This document shows positions 25,359 through 36,384 of a stretch of DNA of 64,000 bases, piece after piece. Under the pieces are notes generated by a model. The model had not been told where the DNA came from and did not search any database. It saw nothing but the letters and a program-made list of their open reading frames with translations. The position numbers and the translations under genes are program-made. The stretch covers positions 8,928,001-8,992,000 of the forward strand of contig OU015567.1 of assembly GCA_907165135.1 (NCBI GenBank), in the 5' to 3' direction. This stretch comes from Oikopleura dioica. Its lineage: Eukaryota; Animalia; Chordata. Within the stretch, counting starts at the first letter, position 1, and each line of letters begins with the position of its first letter.

Positions 25359-26561
25359 TTATGAATATGGAATGAACTTTACTCTGTTAACACTTCCCAC
25401 TGAAGAATATAATCTCAAGGCTATCGGGCTGTTGTTGGTAATCGCAACAACATCATCTTCACCGTATGCTGGTTTTGAATTTCGAATATAAAAGAAGCCG
25501 TCCATATCTTCTACTTCGTCAACCATCCATTTAGTGTGATCACTTTTTTCTAAGATAACGTAATTGTTGCCACTACTCCACATTTCCACTATTTTCCAAT
25601 ACTCGATAGGATTTTTCATGATGCTGTTATTTTCAGTTTTTATAATATAGAAGCCATCAGCATCCTTTTCAACAACATATGCCTCTTTTTTTCCTTCACT
25701 GTGACCAACGCAATTCTTTTCACCAAGAGATGTGTACCAAACTATTCTTGAAAGTATTTTTCCAGCTTCAGACTCAATAAAATACTTTCCAGGTTTTAAT
25801 GAGTTATCCACAACTGTTGTGAATCCATCTGTAGTGGTCGTTGGTGCGATAGTGCTATAGGCGACTCCTGCTGAAGTCGTTGGTATCGAATTCGTCGAAG
25901 GGGTCGTTGCTTGAGATGTTGACTCTGCAGTAGGATCTGGAGTTGACTGTGATATGATTGAATATGGGGTTGTTTTGATGTCATTTTGTGTCTCTAAGAA
26001 AGTAGTAGTATCGGTAGCCTGCGTTGAAAAGAAAAGTTCAGTTGTTGTAGTGAAATAATTTGATTGCGACGTTTCATCAGGGAAATATTCACGTGTTGCT
26101 TCTGATGGTACTTTTAGCGAAGTTTGTAGATATTGATTGGTAGTTTCTGCAGCAGAAGCTATTGATGACAGCATCTCAGTAGTTTTTGTCGTTTCTATAT
26201 TTTCAGAAACTTCAGTGGTACTAAAATATGCTGTCGTCTCAGAATTATTTGTTGTCTGAGTTTGAAAGGTTAATCGTGTTGAAGCTGTTGAAATGCTGTA
26301 TTCTGTTTGAAAAGGTTCAGTTGTATTTCCTACAATCTGTGTGCTCTTCTGAGATACAGCCGTCGTTGTGTATAGCGATGTTGTTGGATTAAAATCGATT
26401 GCTGTTTTTGGAAGCATCGCTGGAATGGATAAAATTGTTGCCAAGAATACTACGGCAAGGAATAAAATACGAAGTCGTCGATTGCCCCTGGTTCGGACTT
26501 CAACAAAAGAACTTGTCGAAGAATACGAAGAAATGCTCTCTGTTTCTGTATCACTACTCAT
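25359..26561 (-). CDS. Intronless type II membrane mucin-like protein with a C-terminal beta-rich globular domain
   Basis: MSSDTETES..., TM after RGNRRLR, ~190-aa S/T-rich stalk with N-x-T sequons, ~140-aa C-terminal domain starting PGKYFIESEAGKILS. Confidence 0.8.
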   Translation of the reverse strand: MSSDTETESISSYSSTSSFVEVRTRGNRRLRILFLAVVFLATILSIPAMLPKTAIDFNPTTSLYTTTAVSQKSTQIVGNTTEPFQTEYSISTASTRLTFQTQTTNNSETTAYFSTTEVSENIETTKTTEMLSSIASAAETTNQYLQTSLKVPSEATREYFPDETSQSNYFTTTTELFFSTQATDTTTFLETQNDIKTTPYSIISQSTPDPTAESTSQATTPSTNSIPTTSAGVAYSTIAPTTTTDGFTTVVDNSLKPGKYFIESEAGKILSRIVWYTSLGEKNCVGHSEGKKEAYVVEKDADGFYIIKTENNSIMKNPIEYWKIVEMWSSGNNYVILEKSDHTKWMVDEVEDMDGFFYIRNSKPAYGEDDVVAITNNSPIALRLYSSVGSVNRVKFIPYS

Positions 26562-27003
26562 TTTGGTTTGAATGAGTTCAAGCAACTAGAATTTCTATTT
26601 TTGATCAGTTTTCTATTAGTACAGCTTCTGAGATTCCTTTATGCGTATGCGAGTTCTTGACATAAACGAAAGCTTCCGACAAAACTTTCCCATGCTGTTT
26701 CTCACCCTTGGAATAAGGGCCTTCATTGACCTGCGTAAATACAAAAAAACGCAAAATTCTGTCTTCCTAGAGAGTCAGAAATCTGTCGAAATATTTACTT
26801 TGAAATGTTGTTTTATTTCAAGAGAGGTGACACGCAAGTAATTTTAGGGGAGGGCAGTGGGTAGAACTAAATGAACTTTTAAGAAAATTGTGCCTATAAT
26901 AAATTACTGTCAAGTAGCAGGTACGGTACGAATTTTAAGGGAATGGTTGTGAGGGACAGTGAAGGTTCTTTGGTGGCAACGCAAGTAAAATGGCGGTGAG
27001 AGA

Positions 27004-30000
27004 TTAAAGAGTGACGCCGGCCGAGTCCAAGTAGTTCTTCAGATGTCCCTGTGCTTCTGCGTCGAGTTTTTGGAAGATCGGAGTGATCTAACAATGGAAT
27101 GAATAAGAATGCACTAGAAAATGTTCATACCTGTCCAGGGTTGGCTTTGTTGAGCTTGTCAAGAGTCTGGACAAGGTAAACCTTTGGATCTGGGCAGTTC
27201 TCCTTCAAAGGATCAATGGTCGCCTTAGCAGCGTATGTCAGAATAGCAGTAGCATTACTGTATCCTTCCATCATCGGCTCGACAATTTCATCGTCTCCTT
27301 CTTCGACTGGAAGCTCGAAAAGAGCGATGACTTCCTGCAAAAGAGCTCCCCAAAGATCTGGAGCAATATTTCCTTTCGTTAGAATATCCGCAGCAAAAAC
27401 GCCCGCCATTTTTCGGTCGACAGGATTTCGAACTTTACGGATGTGCTGGGTGACTACCTTCTCGCAAATCATAGAAAAGCATCCTGGTTGGATACTGTTT
27501 GTAATGTCGCGAAGCTTTTCAGTTCCATGAGCAGCTGCGTAGCACGAGAGGAACTCGACAAATGCGGAAGCATATTTGGCGGTCTTGCTACTTTGTAGAC
27601 GACCGAAGAGAACTAAAAAATGGCTGAGAACAAGTGAGAGGACTAAAAAGTTATACCGATGAAAACGCTTTTGATGTACTCAGCGACAACTTTTTCTGGA
27701 AGGAAGCAAACGATTGCCTTCAAAAGGACGAATCCATGGACGTCATTTGTTCGTGATGCAATCAGTTTTTGGAAAACACCAAGCAATGGGTTGAGCTAAA
27801 AATAGTAAATAGAAACGTGCAAAAGGTAAGGAACTTACATTCTCAGCTGGTTTGGACGGACATCTCTCAATAATAACACAGAGAAGAGTGACCAGCGGTT
27901 GGGCATTTCCAGATGCTTCCCAAAGCTGAGGAGACAGAAGCGGTTTGTACAATTCTAGGTAAGTATCGGGGCAACCACCTTGCTGCTGGAGAAGAAGTGA
28001 CATAATTTGGAACACGTACGGGACGATTTCTCCGACGTCCTTTTCCAAGACTTGAAAGAAGAGTGGGAAGAGGCTAGAAGAGTTTATTTATGATGAGGTG
28101 AGCGAACAATTACCTGTCTTCAAAGCTTTTCGTGGCATCAGGCTGCGCTTGGCAGAGAATTCGAATACAAAGGGCAAGACACTCGAAGACATTGTGGTTG
28201 AAGTTTGGCCTTGCTGGATTGGCGCAGAGCTGGGTTATTCGCCCGTGGATCATCTGCACCAAATCTGGAACAGAAGACAGGAGAAGCTCGCGCTGAAGTG
28301 CGAGGAGCTTGCAAAGTGCCTTGGCAGCGAATTCATTCTCAGAAGACGATACAATCTGTCCAAGTTGAAGGAGCAAGTCATTTTGAACTGGCTGGACGAG
28401 GGCTTTGGTGACCAAGGGTTCTTTAGTCTTTGGCATCTTCGTCATCATAATTCGCTCAACAGCGTGCGCCGCATAAGCTGCCACGACGGGTGAGCTGTGC
28501 GTCAAAAGCTTTGACAGAGCGGGGAGAGCTTTTCCCACGCGATCGCGTCCAATGATTATTCTGAAGCTGGAGAAGAACTTCAGACACGCAGATGCAAGTT
28601 GTGGCTTGTCGCTAGCCAAGTCACTCTCAATATACTGCTCCCAGAATTGAACGACGGGCAGAATAGACGAAGTTTCCGTGACGCCATGTCTTTCCGTCTT
28701 CTTTTTTTGTTCCCAACGAGGCAACAAGGAAAATAGCAGCTTCTTTGAGCTTCCATTGGCTGTTGTCGGATTTGTAAGACTCGAGAGCTTGGTTGATGTG
28801 AGCACCGAAGATTTCAGTAATCTGAGTCAGGGGTGACCATTTGGGCAAAAAATCATCGTCGGGCCGACCAATTGCCCGCCCAATACTAAAAATCAAGACC
28901 CGGGCCGACCAAATGCCCGACCAGTCCAATGTGCCCAGAATGCCCAATCGGGCAATTGGGCAATTTTTCGGGCAAAAATTTTCCCGACATTTCGGGCTTG
29001 TTAAAACTTTAATTTTTTTAATTTCTCTCAATAATTTATTACAGTTGAAGAGTTGGAAGGTTTGAAATATATTTAAAAAGCGGTTAAAAAAATAATTTTG
29101 TAAAAGATCGATCAGGTTGTCAAGAATAGACAGCTAACCATAAAGGTCCACTTCACACACTCTTGCATAACCGTCTCGAAAAAAAGGGTTCAAAAATGGG
29201 GTTGGAAAAATGAGGGATAAAAAGGATCTGGAGGTCAAGGGTAGACAGCTAACCATGAAGGTCCACTTCACACACCCTTGCAGAACCATCTCCGCAAAGA
29301 AGGGGCTGAGTTAAGGGACCTGGGCGAGCAGCGCTGAGCCAAACTTCACGCGCTCGCCGTTCTTGTTAGAAATAAGATTTTTTGAAATTTCTTTTTGTAA
29401 ATTATATCTCCAAATCCTCAGCTTTCTGTTCCAATTCTTAGTTTTTCTCTATCATTCTTGGTTGATGAGCTAGCGAGAAAAAGAGAAGCCCAACTTCAAA
29501 AGGCATCAAGTCTTGCAAACTTAATTTTTTCTTCATAAAATTAGCACCATTGAAAAGCGCGTTAAATTCTGAACAGATCCCACTCCATCAGCTTAACTAA
29601 ATGGGTACTCATTGGCGTGTAAGGCCAGATAAACAAGATAACTTAGCGCCCGCCCAGCGGGAATCATGTCCAGGAAGCCCAAAATAGCTAAATCGGACTC
29701 CGATTATCGGAGCGTCCAGCCGTGCCGCGACCAGCTGCCCGCGCTAAGTAGTTCTCTTTATCTGGCCTTACACGCCAATGAGTACCGATTTAGTTAAGCT
29801 GATGGAGTGGGATCTGTTCAGAATTGAACGCTCTTTTCAATGGTGCTAATTTTATGAAGAAAAATTAAGTTTGCAAGACTTGATGCCTTTGAAGTCGGGC
29901 TTCTCTTTTTCGCTAGCTCATCAACCAAGAATGATAGAGAAAACTAAGAATTGGAACAGAAAGCTGAGGATTTGGAGATATAATTTACAAAAAGAAATTT

Positions 30001-31732
30001 CAAAAAATCTTATTTCTATCAAGAACGGCGAGCGCGTGAAGTTTGGCTCAGCGCTGCTCGCCCAGGTCCCTTAAGGGTAGGGATAATTTCACAAAAGGAT
30101 CAAGAGGTCAAAGGTAGACAGCTAACCATAGGGGTCCACTTCACACACCCTTGCAGCAGCTTCTCCTTATATCTTTTTCTTGTTTGTGAGCCTAACGACA
30201 AATAAGCGGACAGGAAAACGCCCACGTTCATGATTTTCCCTGGTGGGCATTTGCCCAACTGCCCAGAAAATGCCCAAATGCCCGACTTTTCCAATGTTGC
30301 CCAGCCTATTTTCAGGCGTTGAGCCGACCAAATGCCCGCCCAAAAGCGTTTTGCCCGAAAATTGCCCGATTTGCCCAAATGCCCAATGCCCAAATGGTCA
30401 CCCCTGATCTGAGTCTCAAAGTTGCGTGACAGAGATCGAATGAGATCGCAGGCTGCTCGTCGTCTGGTAGCCTGGTCAGAGCCTTCGAGATCTCGGCGAA
30501 TCCATTCTTCTGGATTGTCTTCAAAAAGTTCCTGATCCTGCTGACGGAAGCCAACATTGGGCATGATGACCTGCTCGCAAATGGTCTTGAGCGCTTCGCC
30601 TTCAGAGAAAAGCTTGTTGTTGCCAGTTTGATCAGCGACAGATCCAAGGAAGCTCAACGCGTTGGACACGAGGAGGTCATATTTCAATTCAAGACCAATC
30701 GACGTGAGAAGCTGCCAAATGGCCTGGACGAACTTGGGGAGATGGTTTTCAAATTCTTCGCCGTATTTTTGAGTGTACATCGAGGCAATTTCGCAGATCT
30801 GCGCCTTGAGCTGCTCTTGGACTCCAGCTTGCTCGTCATCATCTGATTCGAGGACTTTGATGCTTGGTGCAGTGAGAAGTGCGTGAAAACCGTCCATCCA
30901 TACGGCGATATTGTCTTCGAAAAACTCTGGAAGATCCTGGTAGTTGAGGGAGTAGAAGACCTTGGCGATAAGGGCGAGTGTGTTGTAGAGCAGTTTTACT
31001 TTATCGTCTGCGAGCTGGCCAGAGTTGATGATCGTGAGGACTCGTTTGAAGAGCTCTGTGAGTGGCGTGGCAAAATTGTCGAGAACGTATTTGATCTCAA
31101 TCCACAGCTCGTTAGACTGAAAGTATCGTTGAAATTCATGCACAAGTAATTTTACTGCTGACCTTGAACTCGTATCTGTAGCGCTTGAAAAGTGAATGGC
31201 AAGTGTGAAGGCATCCGTTCACTCTGGAAAAGTCGTCGGATTGAATGTGTTGGCAGATTTCGGGGATGAGATTCAGCCATTTCTCATGAAAATCGACTCG
31301 TCCGATGATTGTGATTGCTTCCGAAAGCTGTTTGGTGATACTTTGAGGAGATTTTAACATCAGCTAAAGAGGCATGAGAAAATGATAGGAAAAACTTGAT
31401 TTACCTCGACAATATGTGTTTTCACAGCCGACCTATCGTCCTCTGATAACTTGTCGGTTTGATCCCAGCATCGTTTGACTACATTTTTAAGTGTGATAGC
31501 CGCAGCTGTTCGGACAGTCAACTCTGTGTCCGCTCGGTCCATTGAGGTCATAAGCAGTAAAGTATAACCTGAAGAAATAATGAAACGATTCACAGTCAAT
31601 GAGGAAGAGTACCTTTCTCTTTTCGCATTCTCTTAGAAAGTTTTCGGCCGTCTTTCTCGTCTCCGCATTTGAGCTCAATGTCTGCTGGAGATACTGGCCG
31701 AGAGCTGCGAGGTTCTGATCATTAATTTCCAT
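27004..31732 (-). CDS. CSE1L: Exportin-2 / CAS (importin-alpha re-exporter); interrupted by a hAT insertion and a +1 frameshift in this sequence
   Basis: MEINDQNLAALGQYLQQTLS..., LWIEIKYVLDNFA, LPEFFEDN, EWIRRDLEGSDQATRRRAACDLIRSL, PNFNHNVFE, DVGEIVPYVFQIMSLLL. Stop at 27004. Confidence 0.95.
29120..30157 (+). repeat. Three-copy ~114-bp tandem repeat inside the CSE1L hAT element, split by the TTAA MITE
   Basis: AGACAGCTAACCAT...GTCCACTTCACACAC at 29128, 29243 and 30116. Periods are 115 and 113 after subtracting the MITE plus 4 bp. Confidence 0.85.
29315..30070. mobile_element. Nested palindromic MITE (756 bp) flanked by TTAA
   Basis: TTAA at 29311-14 and 30071-74, ends GGGACCTGGG...CCCAGGTCCC, ~330-bp near-perfect inverted arms around a ~95-bp GC-rich spacer. 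Confidence 0.9.
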
Positions 31733-31842
31733 TCTGATAAAACTCTAAAAATCAAGAATAAAATGTCTAAAGATAGAAAATAAAATCGGCAGTTAAATGA
31801 TGTCGACAAAGATTGATAGAGTATGGGATCAGAACTTTGAGG

Positions 31843-32515
31843 TTAGTAAGGAACGATGGCGACGTTTGGAAGGAAGTCTTTGTTTCCACAGCCGCCGCAG
31901 GAGATGAGAATCTTGTTGTCGATAACTGAAATACTGTGTAAGTCGGTTTGCTTTTATATCACGACACTTACTGAAGACATCAGCTGGCCAGGTACAGACT
32001 TCGATATGTTTTCCAAACCACGCGTTGTAAATGTCGCTGAGATTCATCGGCGGGTTTGTGGATACGGTGGCTCTTATACAACACTTATTGCAGGTCAAGA
32101 CAGCACCATCATCGGGAAACGAGTTTTGGCAGCCAGGACAAGGTGGTCCCCCAGGCGAATCATCAATTGGTTCATCGTAACCCATCGCAAGAGCTGCCTC
32201 CTCCTGCAAAAGCTCTTCTTCAATCTCCTGGAAGAACTTGATGTCAAGTTCGATCAACTGGTCTGGTGTCATGCCCATATCAGCAGCTTCCGACTTCATG
32301 ACTTCTTGAACAAGGCTTATGCCGCGGAATTTATCGACCAGTTTTGTTCGATTATCCTGGAGACGCATTTTGCAGCGATTTTTGTAACGCTGCTTCCAAT
32401 CTGGAGTCTTTCTGTAGTTCTCCTAGAAGAAAAACGGTAAAGAAAATTCACTCATGTGTTTTACCATCTGTGATTTACGTCGAGGGCTCATAAACATGTT
32501 CTCTTTTTCGTCCAT
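31843..32515 (-). CDS. RPAIN: RPA-interacting protein
   Basis: PDWKQRYKNRCKMRLQDNRTKLVDKFR, acidic middle, CPGC..C..C and H...C...ISCGGC zinc ligands, as in RPAIN. Confidence 0.8.
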
Positions 32516-33068
32516 ATTTGATTTTTCTCTCTCACGCACCAAAATAAAATCCGTTACTCAATCCCGGGCGCAGCGAAGTCGATCAGATCTAAAAATCGTT
32601 ATTTGACACAGCTGCAAGTTTCAATTGTTTTTGAGATGCTCTTTCGACTGACTTGATTTTGCGGGTTTTTAGGCAGAAAAACAAGCAGGAATGAACTTGA
32701 ACATTTGAGAAGGTATTAATGAACCTAGAAGGTAATATATCCTAAGACTGCCCGGGACGAGCAAAGATAATTTCTAACTTACTCGCCCCGGGCTTTATCC
32801 TTTTCTGCAGAGAGGGGTCTCTACAGTTCGCAAGCATGGGGGTGCCCAAGCTTGAGTTACGTAGAGAAGGAGGGGGGTGTTGCACTTCTCGGTAAGATCC
32901 GGTTGAACAGTTATACGATGATTGGTGCAAGGGTGATGAACAGGAACAGTTAATGAAACAGAGTTATCTAATGTAGAAGATGGTTCCGGTTGTTTAACAG
33001 AATCCGGTTCAGGATTAGCAGGTTTTGCTTGAACGACACGTGTTCTTTTTTGATGATTTGAGTTAGAC

Positions 33069-35942
33069 TCAAAACCGACGGTTGTTGTTTCGAGACCAGT
33101 CTGGGATTGATTGAAAGTAAGGTCGGAGAATGAGTATAAGATTGATTACCTCTCATGCGGTTGGATTGGTAGAAGGCGGTGAAGTTCGATCCCTGCTTAG
33201 ATTCACAGAGACGCTCGTTGCTTTCAGTCAACTGATTGAGCCGCGAAGCAAGTTGGAGAGCGAGGTTCTGAAGAAAAATGATATCGGTGTTTATCGCTTG
33301 TAATTTACCTGGAGTCGAGTTGGTTCAGTCTTGTGAAGCACAAGGGATCGAGATGGCTCGTCCCAGGATGCCTTGAGTTCTTCGTTGATCATCATCTTGG
33401 AGACAGCAGATTGCACTTCAGAGGAAGACATGTCAAAGTTCTCAGTGATCCAGTCGATTGAGATGTTGTCGTAGAACTGAGAGTACGAGAAGAGATAGAC
33501 TCGGAGCGATTGAGTCTTAGCGTACTTCTGCAGCATGTCTAAAATTTCAAAAAAATAGAAATAGAAGAGGCGGACTAATACAGTACCTTTGACCTTATCA
33601 GTTTCGGCGAAGAGGTTCCAGACCTTCTGGTTCATCTTGGGGTTGATAAGGTACTTGATGCACTTCTTCCAGTCACCGACCTTGAGTGCCTTTGCTGCGG
33701 CAAGAACGTGCTCTCGCATGTTATCTGGAGGTCCGACAAATGCCTGCTTCTCAGAGTTACGGAGCTGGTAGTGGAACTGCTTCGAGATCATTCGTCTGAA
33801 AAAGAAGTTAGAGACAGGATCAAGGGATAAAGGATTACCTTCGGCTATCGAACTCCTTCTCGGCCATGTATGGGATTTCAAGGAACATGGCAGAGACAAG
33901 GTAGACACACTCAAGAAGCTCGGTGTTGATATGAGTGTGGTAAGGTTGCATTCGTCGTCGTTCGGTCTTTTCTTGCTCTTGAGTTCGTTCTCGGGCCATG
34001 GAGAAACCTGAAAGCTCAAGAAATAGCTCAACTCGGCGGTGTCTTACCTTGGGCAAGGAGTTCTCGAGATCGGTTTCCAGACTGAATATCAGTAAGTGCT
34101 TGATGAGCATCTTCCATTTGTCCCATTCGGAAAGCACAGAGACCGAGTTGCACCATTGTTCGGTTGTAGATGATTTGAGTTCCGATATCAGCGTTGTGAA
34201 TAGACTCCTGCAAGTGGCTCATGAGCATCAAATCGCGAGCCTGGAACCATTTGTCGTGAAGGGCAAGGTTGTAGATATTGTAAAGGATTGCCTGCGTTCG
34301 GATTCGCTGCGTCTCATCGTTGGTGTAGATGTACTTGCAGAACTTTTCAATAAGCTCCTGGCTTCCTTCAGCGCCCTTTTGTGAGTCGTGTCGGTAGTAG
34401 ATGTACTTGATCTTGAGGAGATACATCTGGCAGATCTGCTGTTTATCGGCCTGAAGAAGTGCCCAGTCAGTTCCTTCGTTGAAGATCTGCATGATCTTGC
34501 AGTTGTTCGACAATCGCATTCGGTACTCTTCGGAGTGCTGGTCAGAGTTCTGGAGAAGCTTGGAGTACTCAGTGTCCAACTTGGTGCAAGTGTGGACAAG
34601 TGAGCCTCGGCAGTGCCACTTGCCATCTTCGTTTGGCTGATCAGTCAAGCTCTCTTCGTCGTCTTGAACGTTATCGCTGAGGATGAGGGTCTCGTGGTTC
34701 TTGTTGAGAATCTGGACGAGTTCCAAAGTCTCGCTAAGCGCGTTGGCGAAAGATTCGTCGCTCATGTAATCCTTGTGCTTCGGATTGTAGTCGTAGCAAG
34801 CGGAGATGGTGCTCAAGCGAATTTTGATTTCTAAACCGAGGCCTGTCTTCGCCTCGATCGCCATTTCTCGGAGCTTCTTATAGAAGAGAATCTTGTTCTG
34901 ACGATCAGCTTCTTTTGGAGTTCGCATAGCAGTGATTTCGGCCAACTTTTGGACGACATTCTTGGCATTAATTTCGACATCCTTGGGGAAGATTTGGACT
35001 TCGCCAGTGAGCAGAATCTTGAGATCACCTTTACCAACAGTTCCAGGGTCGACGGCAGTCCAGTCATCATCTTCTTCTTCCTTGTGTTCTTTCTGTTCTC
35101 GCTTCTTCTTTTCTTTTCGGACCTTTTTGTCGGCCTTTGAAGAGGTCTTGTCCTTCTTGAGGAAATACTCAATCGTGTATCGGGCAAACTCGTTGTCTGG
35201 ATCGTCACCGATGTCTGAGTCGAAGTCACTGTCTGAGTCACTTTCGCTTTCATCAGACGAGCCAGAGAGTTCGGATCCAGAGTCAGAGAGGTCATCATCG
35301 CTCTCGTCCGAAGTGCCGCTCATTGAGTCGTCGGATTCATCAGAGGCAGAGCTGGCAGCATCTACCTCTTCTTCTTCCTCGGAAGCGTCGGGGTTCTCTC
35401 GGTACTTGGTCAGCTCCTCGGCGGTTTTCGGCTCCTCGGCGAAGTACTTTCGAAGACGCTGTCGAAGAGTAGTAAGACCTTTCGAACCCTGCTTGGAGAG
35501 CTTCTTTTTGAAGTCCTTGTCGTCCCACTTGGCGTTGATGTAGTCGTCAAGCTCGACAAGTTCCTTGATGTAGAATCGCGGGAGACCTTCCTTTTCGATA
35601 ACTTTCGCAGTTTTAGAAAGAGTTGTGTGGTAGTCTTTGAACGTATTTAGAAGAGCGGAGAAATCGTTGATCTTTCGCATGTTTCGGGCCTGAATCGAGG
35701 TGAGAGATGAAAAAATGATTCTTTTTAACCTTTTTAATATGCTCAGAAAGCTCATCGAATCGTCGATCCTTCAAGTTTCGGACAACGCGTCCTTCGTCCT
35801 CAGATTCGTCATCAGTGTAGATCGCCTGGACGACCTTCTTCTTCTTCTGGATCGTCTTCTTGACAACGATCTCCTCAGACTCGGTCTCGGAGCCGCTCGA
35901 GGATGAGGACTCGGAGGCCCAGTACTTTGCTCGCCCGGCCAT
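33069..35942 (-). CDS. EIF3C: Eukaryotic translation initiation factor 3 subunit C
   Basis: [76 protein letters not shown]-terminal PCI domain. Confidence 0.97.
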
Positions 35943-36291
35943 TCTGAGAAAGAAAATGATAAGAATAAAGAGCTATAGCTCTTCGATATCGAATTTGTGC
36001 TAGAATTGTAGAAATATCAGAGTCAGTTTCAAGTCGAACGACTTTTGTGCGGCTCGTAGTGCCCGATTGAATTGAAAGCTTCGAAGAACTAACACGCAAC
36101 TTTTCAGCAAGGGCGCCTAGAACAGCCTCATTCGCCTTTCCTTTATCTGGTGGGGCCGAAACTTTAACATTGATGACGGCCGGATCTTGACTATCATCAA
36201 TAGTTATTGAAGCCTTTTTAGATTAAGGAGTAACGTGACAATTTAGCAGAACATGATTGAACTTCATTCAACTTGGTGCAACAGCATACAT
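35875..36291 (-). pseudogene. C15orf40: UPF0235/DUF167 (C15orf40/YggU-like) gene with in-frame stop codons
   Basis: MYAVAPS*MKFNHVLLNCHVTP*SKKASITIDDSQDPAVINVKVSAPPDKGKANEAVLGALAEKLRVSSSKLSIQSGTTSRTKVVRLE. TAA at 36223-25. No stop before the EIF3C ATG. Confidence 0.8.
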
Positions 36292-36384
36292 GTACAAATT
36301 TATCTGAAATGGGGACGAGGAAAATAAAGACTTTTTGAACATAGAAGAAAGATTGACGAAAGGTTTTTATGATGAGAATGATTT

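Larger units (their letters stand above)
28828..30406. mobile_element. Second hAT-type non-autonomous element (1579 bp) inserted in a CSE1L exon
   Basis: 20-bp TIR CAGGGGTGACCATTTGGGCA, 8-bp TSD ATCTGAGT (28820-27 / 30407-14), subterminal TGCCC/GGGCA repeats. Splits ...FETQI|TEIFGAHI. Confidence 0.95.

Noticed and set aside
32620-33060. Extra gene between EIF3C and RPAIN
   Set aside because: The open stretches lack an ATG or acceptor context and motifs; more likely 3' UTR plus promoter.
36223-36225. Genome-wide TAA reassignment to explain the DUF167 stop
   Set aside because: CSE1L, RPAIN and VPS29 terminate normally at TAA, and long ORFs need no recoding.
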